From Gemmatimonadota bacterium (GTDB taxonomy: Bacteria > Latescibacterota > UBA2968), in contig JAPOXY010000278.1 in the NCBI GenBank assembly GCA_026706845.1, positions 4,131-68,130 of the forward strand: DNA of 64,000 nucleotides. Reading direction: 5' to 3'. The translations under genes were made by a program, and so were the position numbers. Every line of letters begins with the position of its first letter. Position 1 is the stretch's first letter. Positions 18,278-28,654 of the stretch are shown piece by piece. The notes beneath the pieces are model-generated. The model had not been told where the DNA came from and did not search any database. It was given only the letters and a program-made list of their open reading frames with translations.

Positions 18278-21166
18278 ATGACGAGATGGATAATCGCATT
18301 TGTTGCGATGTCGTTTTTATCCGCATCGGCGATGGCCGGGGTGACGGGTAAAATTGCGGGTCAGATTGTTGACAAAGACGACGGTGGTGGATTGCCCGGT
18401 GCCAATGTGGTGGTTCTGGGCTTGCACAGTGTCTATGGTGCGACATCCGATCCCGAAGGTAATTATGTGATTTTGAATGTGCCCGCAGGCACGTATGACG
18501 TAAAATGTAGCTTTATCGGGTATCAAGATGTGGTGCTCAAAGGCATCAAGGTGTTGCCCGATTTGACTACCGAAGTTGATTTTGTGCTCGCAGAGCAAGC
18601 CCTGGAAGGCGAAACTATCGAAGTGGTGGCGGTGCGCCCGCTGGTGCAGAAAGACAAAACCAGTTCGATGCGCCTCGTAACCAGCGAAGAACTCGAGTAT
18701 ATGCCCGTTCGCGGGTATGCAGCGGCCACGTCCTTGCAGGCGGGCGTGACGAACCGGAACGGCTCGCTTTATATACGCGGCGGGCGGTTTTCCGAAGTTG
18801 ATTACATCGTCGATGGGGTATCGCAGAAGGATTTGCAATTCGGTTCATCGACCACGACCCTGAGCAATGGCGCTATTGATCAAGTATCCGTGATTGTGGG
18901 TGGGTTTGAAGCGGAGTATGGGCGCGTGATGTCGGGCGTTGTCAAGGTGGTGACGCGCGAAGGCGGGCAGCACTATTCGGGGTCTGTGGAATACATTACA
19001 GATGAGATGAATGACCGCAGTTGGGCCGGTGCGCCTTCTTATGGGTATAACACTACCGATGCGACATTTGGTGGTCCGCTCGTTCCCGGAACGAACGGAC
19101 CTTCATTTTTTGTTTCTGGAGAATACATCGATCGCCTCGACCGCAGCCCGCGCTGGGGGGTGGAAGCCCACGAGTGGGAAAAAGACCTGTTGTCACAGGA
19201 AGAGTACGATTTGCTCAGCGAGGGCATATTGCCGCACTATACACTCGAAAGATGGGGCTGGCAGGCCAAGCTGGCGTATCGGTTGTCCGACGAAATCGGC
19301 CTGAAAGCTGGGATTGTAGGCTCAAAAACGGATCGCTTGAGCTATAGTCACACCTATCGCTATAATTTGCGGCACGCGCCGCGTGTAAAAAGAAATAACA
19401 ACTCGGCATTTGCCCGCGTGACCTACACGCTCGGTGCAAAGACCTTTTTCACTTTGCAAACAAGTGTTTTTGACCAGAATTTCAAAGTAGGCGACGGGGT
19501 TCATTTCGACAATTTGCACGACTATGCCCGTCCCCAGGGCAATTCGCGTTATGACGCGGAAAGTTTGTTTGCACGCGGCGATGTGGATTCAACCGAGATT
19601 ACGCGGACAACGGAAACCATCAATGATCGCCCTATAACGTATTTTGAAGGCGATGAAGGGCGCGTGTATGATGATTTTGAGCAAACCAGCTCATTTTATC
19701 TCACGCCTATCGATTTTGATTTGACCAGCCAGATCAGCCGCAATCACCAGTTTAAGCTCGGTTTTGACGTGCAAATGCATCGGTTGCGTTATTACCGGCA
19801 CCTGACCCCCAGTTTGACCTACCGCGGTCCGTTCGTCAGCATAGACGACAGGGGTGGCTTTCAGGATGTAGATCGCTACGGGTATGATTACAACTGGAAT
19901 AATCAGGTAGTCGAGCCTCTAAATTCGACCCGAGACGCGCAAAAAGAACCCATTTTGGCTTCGTTTTACGTGCAGGACAAGATGGAATACGACGGGTTGA
20001 TCATCAATGCGGGCGTGCGATACGATTATTTGAATGCGAGTACCGATGTGCTGGCGAATGAAGGTGTGCCACTGGGTGGCGATTCCACGCTGGACCCATC
20101 GGATTTGGCTGGCAACAGCGTGTATCACAAGATCAGCCCGCGCCTGGGTGTTGGATTTCCCGTCACAGACAAGACTGTATTCCACATGAACTACGGCATT
20201 TTTTACCAGCAACCCAAGCTGGAAGACCTGTATGTTGGTCTGGATTATCTGGAATACAAAGCGCCTTTAGGAGGATATTATTACGCTTTTGGCAATCCGA
20301 ATCTCAGGCCGGAAAAAACCACGGCTTACGAAGTGGGTGTGGTGCAGCAGTTGGGCGGCCATGCCAGTGTCGATGTCACTGCTTATTACAAAGCCGTGGA
20401 AAACCTTGTTCAGGTAACGACAATTCCGTCTGATCCCGTGGCTTTTGCCTCGTTTCGCAACAACGACTACGGAACCATCAAGGGGCTGGACTTTGGTTTG
20501 CTCATGCGTCGCGTAGGGCGCACAACAGCGCGCGTGTCTTATTCTCTGGCTTATGCGACGGGTACGGGATCAAGCCCACAAACCCAGCGGCGGATCGCCT
20601 GGGGCTTCCAACCCGGTGTGACCGAGCCGCCCAAATCGACCTCGCCACTCGACTTTGATCAACGCCACAAAATTGCGGCATCGATTGACTATCGCTTTGT
20701 AGATAAAGATGGCCCGAGGTTCCTGGGTGGTCAGCCGCTGTCCAATGCGGGGATCAATGTGTTGTTCGAAGCCGGGAGTGGGTTCCCCTATACGCCCACG
20801 TTCACGTTTAATGAAGTGACCACAGGGGCTTCGGCGTCACGTCCTTCGGGACCGGTGAATTCCAGCTATGGTCCCTGGACATTCAGGACCGATGTGAAGG
20901 CGAACAAGCGTTTCAAAATTATAGGGCTTCAGGGTGATCTGTACGTCTGGGTGCTCAATTTGCTCAACCGCGCCAACGCAACCAGCCCCGTGTATTCGAG
21001 CACGGGCAGCCCGATGACTTCGGGCTGGTTGAATACAGACGAAGGCCGCAAATTTGTGGAGCGCTTTGGTCAACTGGGCGAAGACAAATACAAGCTCAAA
21101 GAGAAAAGCCCATTCAACTTTGGCACGCCGCGGCAGGTTCGCTTCGGACTCGCGCTCAGCTTCTAA
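18278..21166 (+). CDS. TonB-dependent outer-membrane receptor with an N-terminal CarboxypepD_reg-like domain
   Basis: Signal peptide. CarboxypepD_reg block (GVTGKIAGQIVDKDDGGGLPGANVVVLG…GNYVILNVPAGTYDV), then plug and 22-strand barrel. C-terminal …GLALSF. Confidence 0.8.
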   Translation: MTRWIIAFVAMSFLSASAMAGVTGKIAGQIVDKDDGGGLPGANVVVLGLHSVYGATSDPEGNYVILNVPAGTYDVKCSFIGYQDVVLKGIKVLPDLTTEVDFVLAEQALEGETIEVVAVRPLVQKDKTSSMRLVTSEELEYMPVRGYAAATSLQAGVTNRNGSLYIRGGRFSEVDYIVDGVSQKDLQFGSSTTTLSNGAIDQVSVIVGGFEAEYGRVMSGVVKVVTREGGQHYSGSVEYITDEMNDRSWAGAPSYGYNTTDATFGGPLVPGTNGPSFFVSGEYIDRLDRSPRWGVEAHEWEKDLLSQEEYDLLSEGILPHYTLERWGWQAKLAYRLSDEIGLKAGIVGSKTDRLSYSHTYRYNLRHAPRVKRNNNSAFARVTYTLGAKTFFTLQTSVFDQNFKVGDGVHFDNLHDYARPQGNSRYDAESLFARGDVDSTEITRTTETINDRPITYFEGDEGRVYDDFEQTSSFYLTPIDFDLTSQISRNHQFKLGFDVQMHRLRYYRHLTPSLTYRGPFVSIDDRGGFQDVDRYGYDYNWNNQVVEPLNSTRDAQKEPILASFYVQDKMEYDGLIINAGVRYDYLNASTDVLANEGVPLGGDSTLDPSDLAGNSVYHKISPRLGVGFPVTDKTVFHMNYGIFYQQPKLEDLYVGLDYLEYKAPLGGYYYAFGNPNLRPEKTTAYEVGVVQQLGGHASVDVTAYYKAVENLVQVTTIPSDPVAFASFRNNDYGTIKGLDFGLLMRRVGRTTARVSYSLAYATGTGSSPQTQRRIAWGFQPGVTEPPKSTSPLDFDQRHKIAASIDYRFVDKDGPRFLGGQPLSNAGINVLFEAGSGFPYTPTFTFNEVTTGASASRPSGPVNSSYGPWTFRTDVKANKRFKIIGLQGDLYVWVLNLLNRANATSPVYSSTGSPMTSGWLNTDEGRKFVERFGQLGEDKYKLKEKSPFNFGTPRQVRFGLALSF

Positions 21167-21181
21167 AAGGGAGATCAGGAC

Positions 21182-24100
21182 ATGAAAAGCTTTTTGAATA
21201 TTTTGACGCTGGCTTTGATGAGCGTGAGCATGGCTGGCATTGCGCTGGCTGTATCGCCCTCGCAAAAGCCGCGGCTGGGTAAAATCAGCAATGATCAAGT
21301 GATTGATGTGAACAATATCAGAATGTTTGTGACCAACCAGGGATCGTTTGCCTGGGACCTCGCGACCGGAGCTTCGGGTCTTGAATTTCCCAAGGGCACG
21401 GGCAAAACCGCTGTATTTGCCTCTGGTCCGTGGATTGCGGGCAAGGTCAATGGCGAAATCCGCGTGGCGATTGCCGAGTATTCGTTTGAGTATGCACCTG
21501 GTCCGATTTTGCCCGACGGCACACCCGCCGACCCGCAACTCGATCGATATCGGGTGTATAAGATCAGCAAAGGCGATGGTCCGGAAAATCAGGATTACGC
21601 GCAGTGGCCGGTTGAAGACGGCGCGCCGGTCAATCCCGATGGTACGCCGATGGTGCTGGGAGATCAGACCCTGTGGGCGGTTTATAACGATGCCGATCCC
21701 GGCGTTCACACCAATATGCAGACCGCGCCTCTGGGCGTTGAAATACAGCAGACGACATTTGCGTTTGACCGCACAGGTCCACTGGGCAATGTGGTATTCA
21801 TCAAATTTTTGCTCATTAACAAGGGTGGCAATACCATCGATAGCACGTATGTGTCGCTGTGGTCCGATCCCGATCTGGGGCAGTTCGATAACGACCTGGT
21901 GGGCTGCGATGTGGAGACCAGCTTTGGATTTTGCTATAACGGGTCAAACGTAGATGCGCAGTACGGTTCGTCACCTCCGGCCGTGGGATATGACTTTTTC
22001 CAGGGTCCGATTGGCGATGACGGTGTGGAATTGCCCATGACGTCGTTTAACAAATATATCAACGGCACGGATCCTCATACCGCAGAAGAAACTTATAATT
22101 ACATGAAAGGTCTTGATCCGGATGGCGGCGTGGCCGATCACACCGATCCAATTACGGGTCAGGTGAAGGCTTTTATGGTCGATGGAGATCCGGTTACGGG
22201 CGCGGGCTGGCTTGACGAAAATCCAGCTGATCGCCGCTTTATGCTCACGGCGGGACCGTTTACCTTCGCGCCCGGCGATACGCAGGAAGTGGTGGGCGCC
22301 ATTATTATAGGGCAAGGTCAAGATCGCCTCACGTCGATTACGGCCGCGCGTTTTAACGACACATTTGCACAATCGGCTTTTGATGCTAATTTTGCACTGC
22401 CATCGCCTCCGCCTGCACCCAAAGTGTCCGTAGGTGTGACGGGCGATCACGGGGGCAATGGCAGAATTCAGTTGACCTGGGGAGATGACTCAGAAGTCGC
22501 CTCAGGCGATTATGCATTTGAAGGTTATAACGTGTATCAGGGCGAGTCGGTCGCTGGCCCCTGGAGACGCCTTGTGACTTATGACATGGTCAATGGCTCG
22601 GCCATTATTTTTGACAGTCAGTTCGATGAAGGTGCCGGTGTGGTGATCAACTCGCCCGTGCAATTTGGCGGCGACTCGGGTATTCGGCGCTTTATTGAAC
22701 TGACCGAGGATAAGGTTTTGGGTGGTCGTCTGGTGACGGGTAAAACCTATTATTTTGCGGTGACGGCCTATTCGTTGAATGAGAGCAGGTCGCCCAAAAC
22801 GCTCGAGACATCCATCTCGCCTCTGGCAGATGGGCGCATGACGTTTAAGCCTCTCTCGGATGAGATGATCCCGGCCAATGGTATTGTGCCGCGCGGTCCC
22901 ACTGCGGGTACGCGATTCAATACCGTGGAGGTGGATAGTGTCGTAGAGCACACATCGGGTGTAAGCGATGGTATCGTGGCTGTGGAGGTGGTTGACGATA
23001 CACGGGTTACGGGCGCGTCTTACGAAGTGCGCTTCCGCGATACTGATGCGGGAACGGTGTGGGATCTGATCAATCTGTCGAGTGGTCAGGCCGTGCTTTC
23101 AGATATGCAGCAGCACGCAAATCTAAATGATGCGATTACCAATCCGATTGTCGAGGGTTTGCTCGTGCGCGTGACGGGTCCGCCTCTCGGCATGAAAGAT
23201 TGGGATATTCCATCGGGTGAGCGGTGGATGACCTGGGCGAATACCCGTCCCGATTTGGCTGGTTTTTCTACTGAAGGCTTCAGAGGTGCGATAACGGGCG
23301 ATGTTGCCCATAGTTGGTTTGGCCCAACGAGTGTGCCGCCTTCGCGATTGGTCAATGTGGAATTGCGATTTACGAGTGTGATTGAAGATGATGGCGAGGA
23401 TCAGTACAAACCCCTTGACCTGACGAATCCCAATGTGTCTTATGGGTATCGGTATTTGCGCGCTGCGGGTAGAGCTGCACCTGCACCCGATGAACTAACC
23501 CTGTCCAAAGTGCCTTATGACTGGAGCAATTATATCATCAATACAGAAGGTCCCGGTGTTTATGTGTATCAAGACCGGAGTCCCATTGCTCTGTCGGCAT
23601 GGGATGTTGAAAATAATCGGCGTCTCGAAGTGGGTTGGCTGGAAAACAACTTGGCTGGCGGCCTGGTCAATGGGGCCTGGGGGCCGCCATTTTACGAAGA
23701 TGTACCCCATACGTTTGTCGCTCGTGAGTGGCTATTCATTTTTGATCGGGATTATACCGAGCCGGACGATGATTCCAATTTGGCGGAGTTGTCTCAGGGC
23801 TTGATCAACGATGCGCCGGCACCGCCCATTATGTATATCCTTTTTGTTAATCGCCGCATTCCAGATCGTTTCCCGCAGGATGGCGATTCGTTTTTGATGG
23901 TCGCCAATAAAATCAATACCTCCAACGATGTGTTTTCATTTAGTACGCAGGGGGCTCTCCGCGGTGACCAAGAGTTGGCGGCGGAGGATTTGACAAAAAT
24001 TCTGGCGGTGCCCAATCCGTATCTGGGGCGTTCGTCTTATGAATTCACTTCTCTCGCACGCCAGATGCGTTTTACCAATCTTCCCGCGCAGTGCACGATC

Positions 24101-24304
24101 CGAATTTTCAGTCTGTCGGGTGATCTGGTGCGAACGATTAACCACAATAACGGTCTGTCGTTTGATACCTGGGATCTGAAAACAGATCAGGGCGTGCTGG
24201 TTGCCAGCGGCATTTATATCGCGCATTTTGATGCGCCAAATATCGGTACGCATTTTATCAAGTGCGCGGTGTTCATGGAAGCCGAGACGCTGAATACATT
24301 TTAA
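21182..24304 (+). CDS. Large secreted protein (1040 aa) with a T9SS-type C-terminal sorting domain
   Basis: Signal peptide MKSFLNILTLALMSVSMAGIALA. The last ~90 aa (…VPNPYLGRSSYEF…CTIRIFSLSGDLVRTI…WDLKTDQGVLVASGIYIAHF…) match the Por_Secre_tail / FlgD-Ig-like β-sandwich pattern. Confidence 0.6.
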   Translation: MKSFLNILTLALMSVSMAGIALAVSPSQKPRLGKISNDQVIDVNNIRMFVTNQGSFAWDLATGASGLEFPKGTGKTAVFASGPWIAGKVNGEIRVAIAEYSFEYAPGPILPDGTPADPQLDRYRVYKISKGDGPENQDYAQWPVEDGAPVNPDGTPMVLGDQTLWAVYNDADPGVHTNMQTAPLGVEIQQTTFAFDRTGPLGNVVFIKFLLINKGGNTIDSTYVSLWSDPDLGQFDNDLVGCDVETSFGFCYNGSNVDAQYGSSPPAVGYDFFQGPIGDDGVELPMTSFNKYINGTDPHTAEETYNYMKGLDPDGGVADHTDPITGQVKAFMVDGDPVTGAGWLDENPADRRFMLTAGPFTFAPGDTQEVVGAIIIGQGQDRLTSITAARFNDTFAQSAFDANFALPSPPPAPKVSVGVTGDHGGNGRIQLTWGDDSEVASGDYAFEGYNVYQGESVAGPWRRLVTYDMVNGSAIIFDSQFDEGAGVVINSPVQFGGDSGIRRFIELTEDKVLGGRLVTGKTYYFAVTAYSLNESRSPKTLETSISPLADGRMTFKPLSDEMIPANGIVPRGPTAGTRFNTVEVDSVVEHTSGVSDGIVAVEVVDDTRVTGASYEVRFRDTDAGTVWDLINLSSGQAVLSDMQQHANLNDAITNPIVEGLLVRVTGPPLGMKDWDIPSGERWMTWANTRPDLAGFSTEGFRGAITGDVAHSWFGPTSVPPSRLVNVELRFTSVIEDDGEDQYKPLDLTNPNVSYGYRYLRAAGRAAPAPDELTLSKVPYDWSNYIINTEGPGVYVYQDRSPIALSAWDVENNRRLEVGWLENNLAGGLVNGAWGPPFYEDVPHTFVAREWLFIFDRDYTEPDDDSNLAELSQGLINDAPAPPIMYILFVNRRIPDRFPQDGDSFLMVANKINTSNDVFSFSTQGALRGDQELAAEDLTKILAVPNPYLGRSSYEFTSLARQMRFTNLPAQCTIRIFSLSGDLVRTINHNNGLSFDTWDLKTDQGVLVASGIYIAHFDAPNIGTHFIKCAVFMEAETLNTF

Positions 24305-24336
24305 CGAACTGATTCTGGCTTATGGAGGAATAAATT

Positions 24337-25392
24337 ATGTTCAGGAAGATGATTTTTCTGTTTGCCGCGCTGGCATTGATCGCTCAGGATGCCCGTGCAG
24401 GCGATGAGAGCCGCATCGGCACAGCCGCGGCACAAGAGTTGCGCATTCCAATTGGTTCGCGCGGTACAGCACTTGGAGGCGCCATACTGGCCCATGTAAA
24501 AGGTGCGGAGGCATTGCAGTGGAATCCCTCGGGATTGGTATTTGGAACGCACAAACGCGAAGCCATATTTTCATATCTGGATTATATCGCGGATATGAAT
24601 GTGAATTATTTTGCGATTACTACGCGTCTGCGGGATGATATTTCGGTGGGGATCAGTGCCCGCGTGTTTGCGGTGGGCGATATTGTTGTGACGACCGAGG
24701 AGTCGCCCGAAGGCACGGGCGAGATACTCTCCCCGAGGTTTTCGTGTGTGACATTTACATATTCGCAGTTGTTGACAGACCGCGTGTCGTTTGGCACCAC
24801 GATCAAATATATCCACGAGGCGATTAAGCGAGAGGTCGCCAATGGTCTGGCGTTTGATTTTGGTTTTCAATACAAAACCGCGCTAAAGGGTTTGACGCTG
24901 GGTATTGCTATGCGAAACTATGGTCCAGACCTGCGGTTTGATGGTCCGGATCTGGACCGGGTGGTGAAATTGCAAGACGCGGTGCCAGAGGCCGATCCCC
25001 AAGCCGGGTCGCGCAGTTTCCGCACATCGCTGGCAGCGGCTGAGTTGCCCACGTCTATAGAAATCGGTTTTTCCTATGCATTCTATGAAGATGCGCTGGG
25101 CAAAGCTGCTTTTTCTGCGACCTTCCGCAATAATAATCTGGCGACTGACGAGTATCAGGCTGGCGTTGAGTATTCGATGAAGCAAATTCTTCAGTTGCGC
25201 GGAGGGTATGTGGCTTCTCCAACAGGTGATGCCCTGCCCAGCGGGTTTAAGAAGGAATATATTCTGGGCCCGACGTTTGGCTTTGGTCTGAATGTGCCCA
25301 TGGGCAATATGGCTTTTCAGGTGGATTATGCCTATGGCAAGACAGAGTACTTTCAGGATAATCACTGGTTGACTGTGGGACTCGGGTTTTAG
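24337..25392 (+). CDS. PorV/FadL-like outer-membrane β-barrel
   Basis: Signal peptide. N-terminal hatch-like motif …GSRGTALGGAILAHVKGAEALQWNPSGLV (the FadL/PorV NPxGL motif). C-terminal …VGLGF. Adjacent to the T9SS-CTD protein. Confidence 0.5.
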   Translation: MFRKMIFLFAALALIAQDARAGDESRIGTAAAQELRIPIGSRGTALGGAILAHVKGAEALQWNPSGLVFGTHKREAIFSYLDYIADMNVNYFAITTRLRDDISVGISARVFAVGDIVVTTEESPEGTGEILSPRFSCVTFTYSQLLTDRVSFGTTIKYIHEAIKREVANGLAFDFGFQYKTALKGLTLGIAMRNYGPDLRFDGPDLDRVVKLQDAVPEADPQAGSRSFRTSLAAAELPTSIEIGFSYAFYEDALGKAAFSATFRNNNLATDEYQAGVEYSMKQILQLRGGYVASPTGDALPSGFKKEYILGPTFGFGLNVPMGNMAFQVDYAYGKTEYFQDNHWLTVGLGF

Positions 25393-25491
25393 AAGTGTGA
25401 AGTGTGAAGGAGGAAGTAGGAGAAGCACCCGCCCTGGGGAGGTGTTGGGTGGATTTCTTACTTCTCTCTTCTCTTCTTATCGGTGTATTTA

Positions 25492-25535
25492 ACCGCCTGT
25501 GTTGGTTTATCTCGCCAATACAGGCGGTTTTTTTG
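25492..25535 (+). terminator. Rho-independent terminator after the PorV-like gene
   Basis: Hairpin accgcctgt…acaggcggt followed by T7. Confidence 0.7.
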
Positions 25536-25591
25536 GTACTCAAAAAAATTTATTTATATAAAAAACAATAAGATAGAGTCTGAAGGATATT

Positions 25592-25606
25592 TTGGCACGG
25601 ATATTG
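25592..25606 (+). promoter_or_regulatory. σ54 (RpoN) -24/-12 promoter element upstream of pspA
   Basis: TGGCACG-N4-TTGCA (tggcacggatattgca) is a perfect match to the σ54 consensus. It lies ~55 bp upstream of the pspA ATG. Confidence 0.55.
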
Positions 25607-25660
25607 CAGAGAGATAGATGTGCGTTTGATCGATAACCAAAAACTAAAAGGAGATATACC

Positions 25661-26335
25661 ATGGGCACTTTTTCGAGAATCCGCACTGTGGTACGCGCTG
25701 CGGTTGAGCATGTTGTGCGTAAGATAGAGGATCCAAAGAAGATGGTGCGACAGATGGTGCTGGATATGGAGGACGCACTGGATGATGCGGTGGTTGCCGT
25801 GGCACAGGCGATGGCCAATGAGAAGTTGCTGGCGCGTCGGATTGCTCAGAAGCGGGAAGAGTCGGCTTTGTGGGCGTGCAAGGCAGAGGATGCTATGGAT
25901 GCAGGTGAGGAGGCGTTGGCGCGCAAGGCGCTGTTTCTGAAGGTGACGGTTGATGAAGCGGTCAATACACTGCAAAAAGCGCGGGAGGAAGCAGAAGAGG
26001 TGACGGTGACGCTGAAGCAGCGACTTGCAGAACTGAAGGCGAAGTTGGCGTCTGCCCGCGCACGGCAGAGCACTCTGGCGATTCGCAGACAGGTGGTGCA
26101 GGAGGTGCGGCAAGATGCGCGTGTAGAAGCTTATGATCGGTTTGTTCGGGATGTGGCGCGCGAGGAAGCGACTGCTGAGATCTATGCGGAGATGGTGGGA
26201 AGTGGCGATGCGCAGTTGGAAGAAGAGTTTGATCAATTGGAGCGAAAGCAGCGCGTTGAAGCCGAGATTCAGGTGTTGAAGGAGAAGATAAAACAAAGTG
26301 CGCGCCAGAATGACGAATCTGAGGAGGAGAAGTAA
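25661..26335 (+). CDS. pspA: PspA/IM30 (phage-shock protein A / Vipp1) family protein
   Basis: 224-aa coiled-coil protein. N-terminus MGTFSRIRTVVRAAVEHVVRKIEDPKKMVRQMVLDMEDAL is typical of the PspA family. Confidence 0.85.
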   Translation: MGTFSRIRTVVRAAVEHVVRKIEDPKKMVRQMVLDMEDALDDAVVAVAQAMANEKLLARRIAQKREESALWACKAEDAMDAGEEALARKALFLKVTVDEAVNTLQKAREEAEEVTVTLKQRLAELKAKLASARARQSTLAIRRQVVQEVRQDARVEAYDRFVRDVAREEATAEIYAEMVGSGDAQLEEEFDQLERKQRVEAEIQVLKEKIKQSARQNDESEEEK

Positions 26336-26337
26336 TC

Positions 26338-26526
26338 ATGTTGGCAAAATTATTCGGCATTACTCTGCTGGTCGTCGGTGGGTTTGTTGCTTTTTGCTTG
26401 CTGATGGCGCTCATTGGAACGGTTTTTAGTATTTTGATTTTTGCATTGAAGGTGGCAATCCCCGTTTTACTGGTGTATCTGGGGTACCGGTTGATTACGA
26501 GAGATAGGCATCAAGTTACGTATTAA
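26338..26526 (+). CDS. Small 2-TM membrane protein translationally coupled to pspA (PspG/PspD-like position)
   Basis: 62 aa with two hydrophobic helices. Start is 2 nt after the pspA stop. Confidence 0.4.
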   Translation: MLAKLFGITLLVVGGFVAFCLLMALIGTVFSILIFALKVAIPVLLVYLGYRLITRDRHQVTY

Positions 26527-26550
26527 AATTGGCTGACCGCTAATAATTAA

Positions 26551-26585
26551 AGCCCTGGGCGTTGAATGACGTCCAGGGCTTTTGT
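26551..26585 (+). terminator. Rho-independent terminator after the psp genes
   Basis: Hairpin agccctgg…ccagggct followed by a T-run. Confidence 0.6.
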
Positions 26586-26647
26586 GTACAAATGCTTGAC
26601 AGGGAGACTTATTGCAGATTATTTTTTTCCATTCAGTAGAGTGATTT

Positions 26648-28654
26648 ATGATGAATAAAAAAAGGTGGCTTGTATTGAAAAATCTTTTTTTTAAACTGCG
26701 ATCGCGAACTACTGACCCGGTTGCGCGAGTAAAAAATTACCTGAAATTTCGCGTTGAGCGATTGTTGTTGAGCGGGGCGCATTCTCGATTGCTATTTATC
26801 GCGACCTTAATTGGCATTGTCGCCATTGGTGGTGGTTTGCTGGTGCAGGAAACGGATAAACCTTTTGATGATCGCGAATCAGCTATCTGGTGGGCATTTT
26901 TGCGTTTGACCGATCCGGGTTATTTGGGAGATGACGAAGGGCTTGCCCGCCGCGTGATTTCAACGGTGGTGACAGTGCTTGGATACGTGCTTTTTATGGG
27001 GTCGTTGATCGCGATTATGACGCAGTGGCTCAATCAGACGATTCGCGATTTTGAGCGCGGGCTTACGCCTATTGTGCGTCGCAATCACATTTTGATTTTG
27101 GGATGGACCAATCGCACGTCTGAAATTGTCAGCGAGTTGATGCGCGCTGAAGGTCGCGTGCGCCGGTTTTTGCAACTACTCGGTGCGCGGGGGTTACATG
27201 TGGTGATTCTTTCCGAAGACGTGAGTTTGGAGCGCACAATGGAATTGCGGAGAGCACTGGGTTCTTTGTGGAATCCTAAGAAGATTACATTTCGGTCGGG
27301 GATACCCCTGCGGATAGAACATTTGGAGCGCGTGGATTTTCAAAATGCGGGTGCCATTATTTTGCCCGGTGCTGATTTTGCTTATGGCAGCGCGGATGAA
27401 TCGGATACGCGTATCATAAAAACACTGTTGTCGATATCGAATCAGCGGGAAAAAGAAGATGAGATAGAAGTTCTACCCCTGCTGGTGACAGAAATTTTCG
27501 ATTCCGACAAAGTGTTTATGGCTAAAAGGGCCTATAGAGGCATTTTAGAGATTTTGGCGAGTGATCTTTTTATTACGCGATGTATGGCGCAAAATGTGCG
27601 TCATCCGGGATTGTCACAGGTGTTCCACGATATCTTGTCGCACGGGGTTGGCAATGAGGTCTATGTGCGAATGTGCGAGGAGTTTACGGGTTCTCGTTTT
27701 GGCGATCTTTCAGGTGCGTATCCCAAAGCGATTTTGCTGGGCGTGGTGCGTCCTCAAGGTGAGACATTTTGCCCCCTGCTCAATCCGTCTGGGGATTTGA
27801 TTGTGGAATCAGAAGACCGTCTGGTCTTTTTGGCGCAGGAGTACGAGGATTGTGAACCTCTGAGAAATTATCAGATAGAACGCGTATCGCGTAAATTTCA
27901 AGAGGTGCCCCATGTGAGGGAAAAAGGCAAACGACGCATCTTAATTTTGGGATGGAATCACAAAGCTGCGGTTTTGCTTAAAGAATTCGGCAGGCAAATG
28001 CGCGAACAATTTGAGATCGCGGTTTTGTCTCTTATACCCTCGGCACAAAGAGAAGCTGAAGTGGCGCAAAAAGGTATTGACCCGCGCCGCGTGGTTGTTA
28101 CCCATCGCGAGGGCGATCCCACTTCACTATCTGATTTAAGAGAAATGGAGCCAGGTGGGTATGACAATGTGGTGATTTTGGGCAGTGATTGGGTAGAGAC
28201 ACAGGAAGAGTCAGATGCGCGGACGATTGTGGGACATCTGGTGCTGAGGAATGTGCTGGATGAGGGCACACATAAACCAGAAATTCTGGTCGATTTGATG
28301 GATTCCGAAAATGTGGTGTTGTTTGAAGATTACGATACCGAGGTTCTGGTTACGCCCATGATCGCAAGCCATGTGCTGGCACAGGTTGCGTTGCGTCGGG
28401 AGATCAATGTCGTTTATGAAGAGTTGTTTGCCGCTGGTGGTGCAGAGATTTTCTTTCGCCGGGTTTCAGATTACGGCATAGCAGGTCAAAATGTGAGCTT
28501 TGGACAGATTGTGGAGATGTCGGCATGTCGGGGCGAAATCGCACTGGGTATTCGCCAAAACGGCGGGGTTGTGCTCAATCCGAAACATGATGAGCTATAT
28601 ATTCTAAGTGAATCGGATGATCTTATTGTATTGATTCGGGAGGATCAGGCATGA
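26648..28654 (+). CDS. CASTOR/POLLUX (DMI1)-like ion channel with tandem RCK/TrkA-N domains
   Basis: N-terminal TM/pore region (…AIWWAFLRLTDPGYLGDDEGLARRVISTVVTVLGYVLFMGSLIAIMTQ). Two RCK-like Rossmann modules (HILILGWTNRTSEIV… and RILILGWNHKAAVLL…). Confidence 0.55.
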   Translation: MMNKKRWLVLKNLFFKLRSRTTDPVARVKNYLKFRVERLLLSGAHSRLLFIATLIGIVAIGGGLLVQETDKPFDDRESAIWWAFLRLTDPGYLGDDEGLARRVISTVVTVLGYVLFMGSLIAIMTQWLNQTIRDFERGLTPIVRRNHILILGWTNRTSEIVSELMRAEGRVRRFLQLLGARGLHVVILSEDVSLERTMELRRALGSLWNPKKITFRSGIPLRIEHLERVDFQNAGAIILPGADFAYGSADESDTRIIKTLLSISNQREKEDEIEVLPLLVTEIFDSDKVFMAKRAYRGILEILASDLFITRCMAQNVRHPGLSQVFHDILSHGVGNEVYVRMCEEFTGSRFGDLSGAYPKAILLGVVRPQGETFCPLLNPSGDLIVESEDRLVFLAQEYEDCEPLRNYQIERVSRKFQEVPHVREKGKRRILILGWNHKAAVLLKEFGRQMREQFEIAVLSLIPSAQREAEVAQKGIDPRRVVVTHREGDPTSLSDLREMEPGGYDNVVILGSDWVETQEESDARTIVGHLVLRNVLDEGTHKPEILVDLMDSENVVLFEDYDTEVLVTPMIASHVLAQVALRREINVVYEELFAAGGAEIFFRRVSDYGIAGQNVSFGQIVEMSACRGEIALGIRQNGGVVLNPKHDELYILSESDDLIVLIREDQA

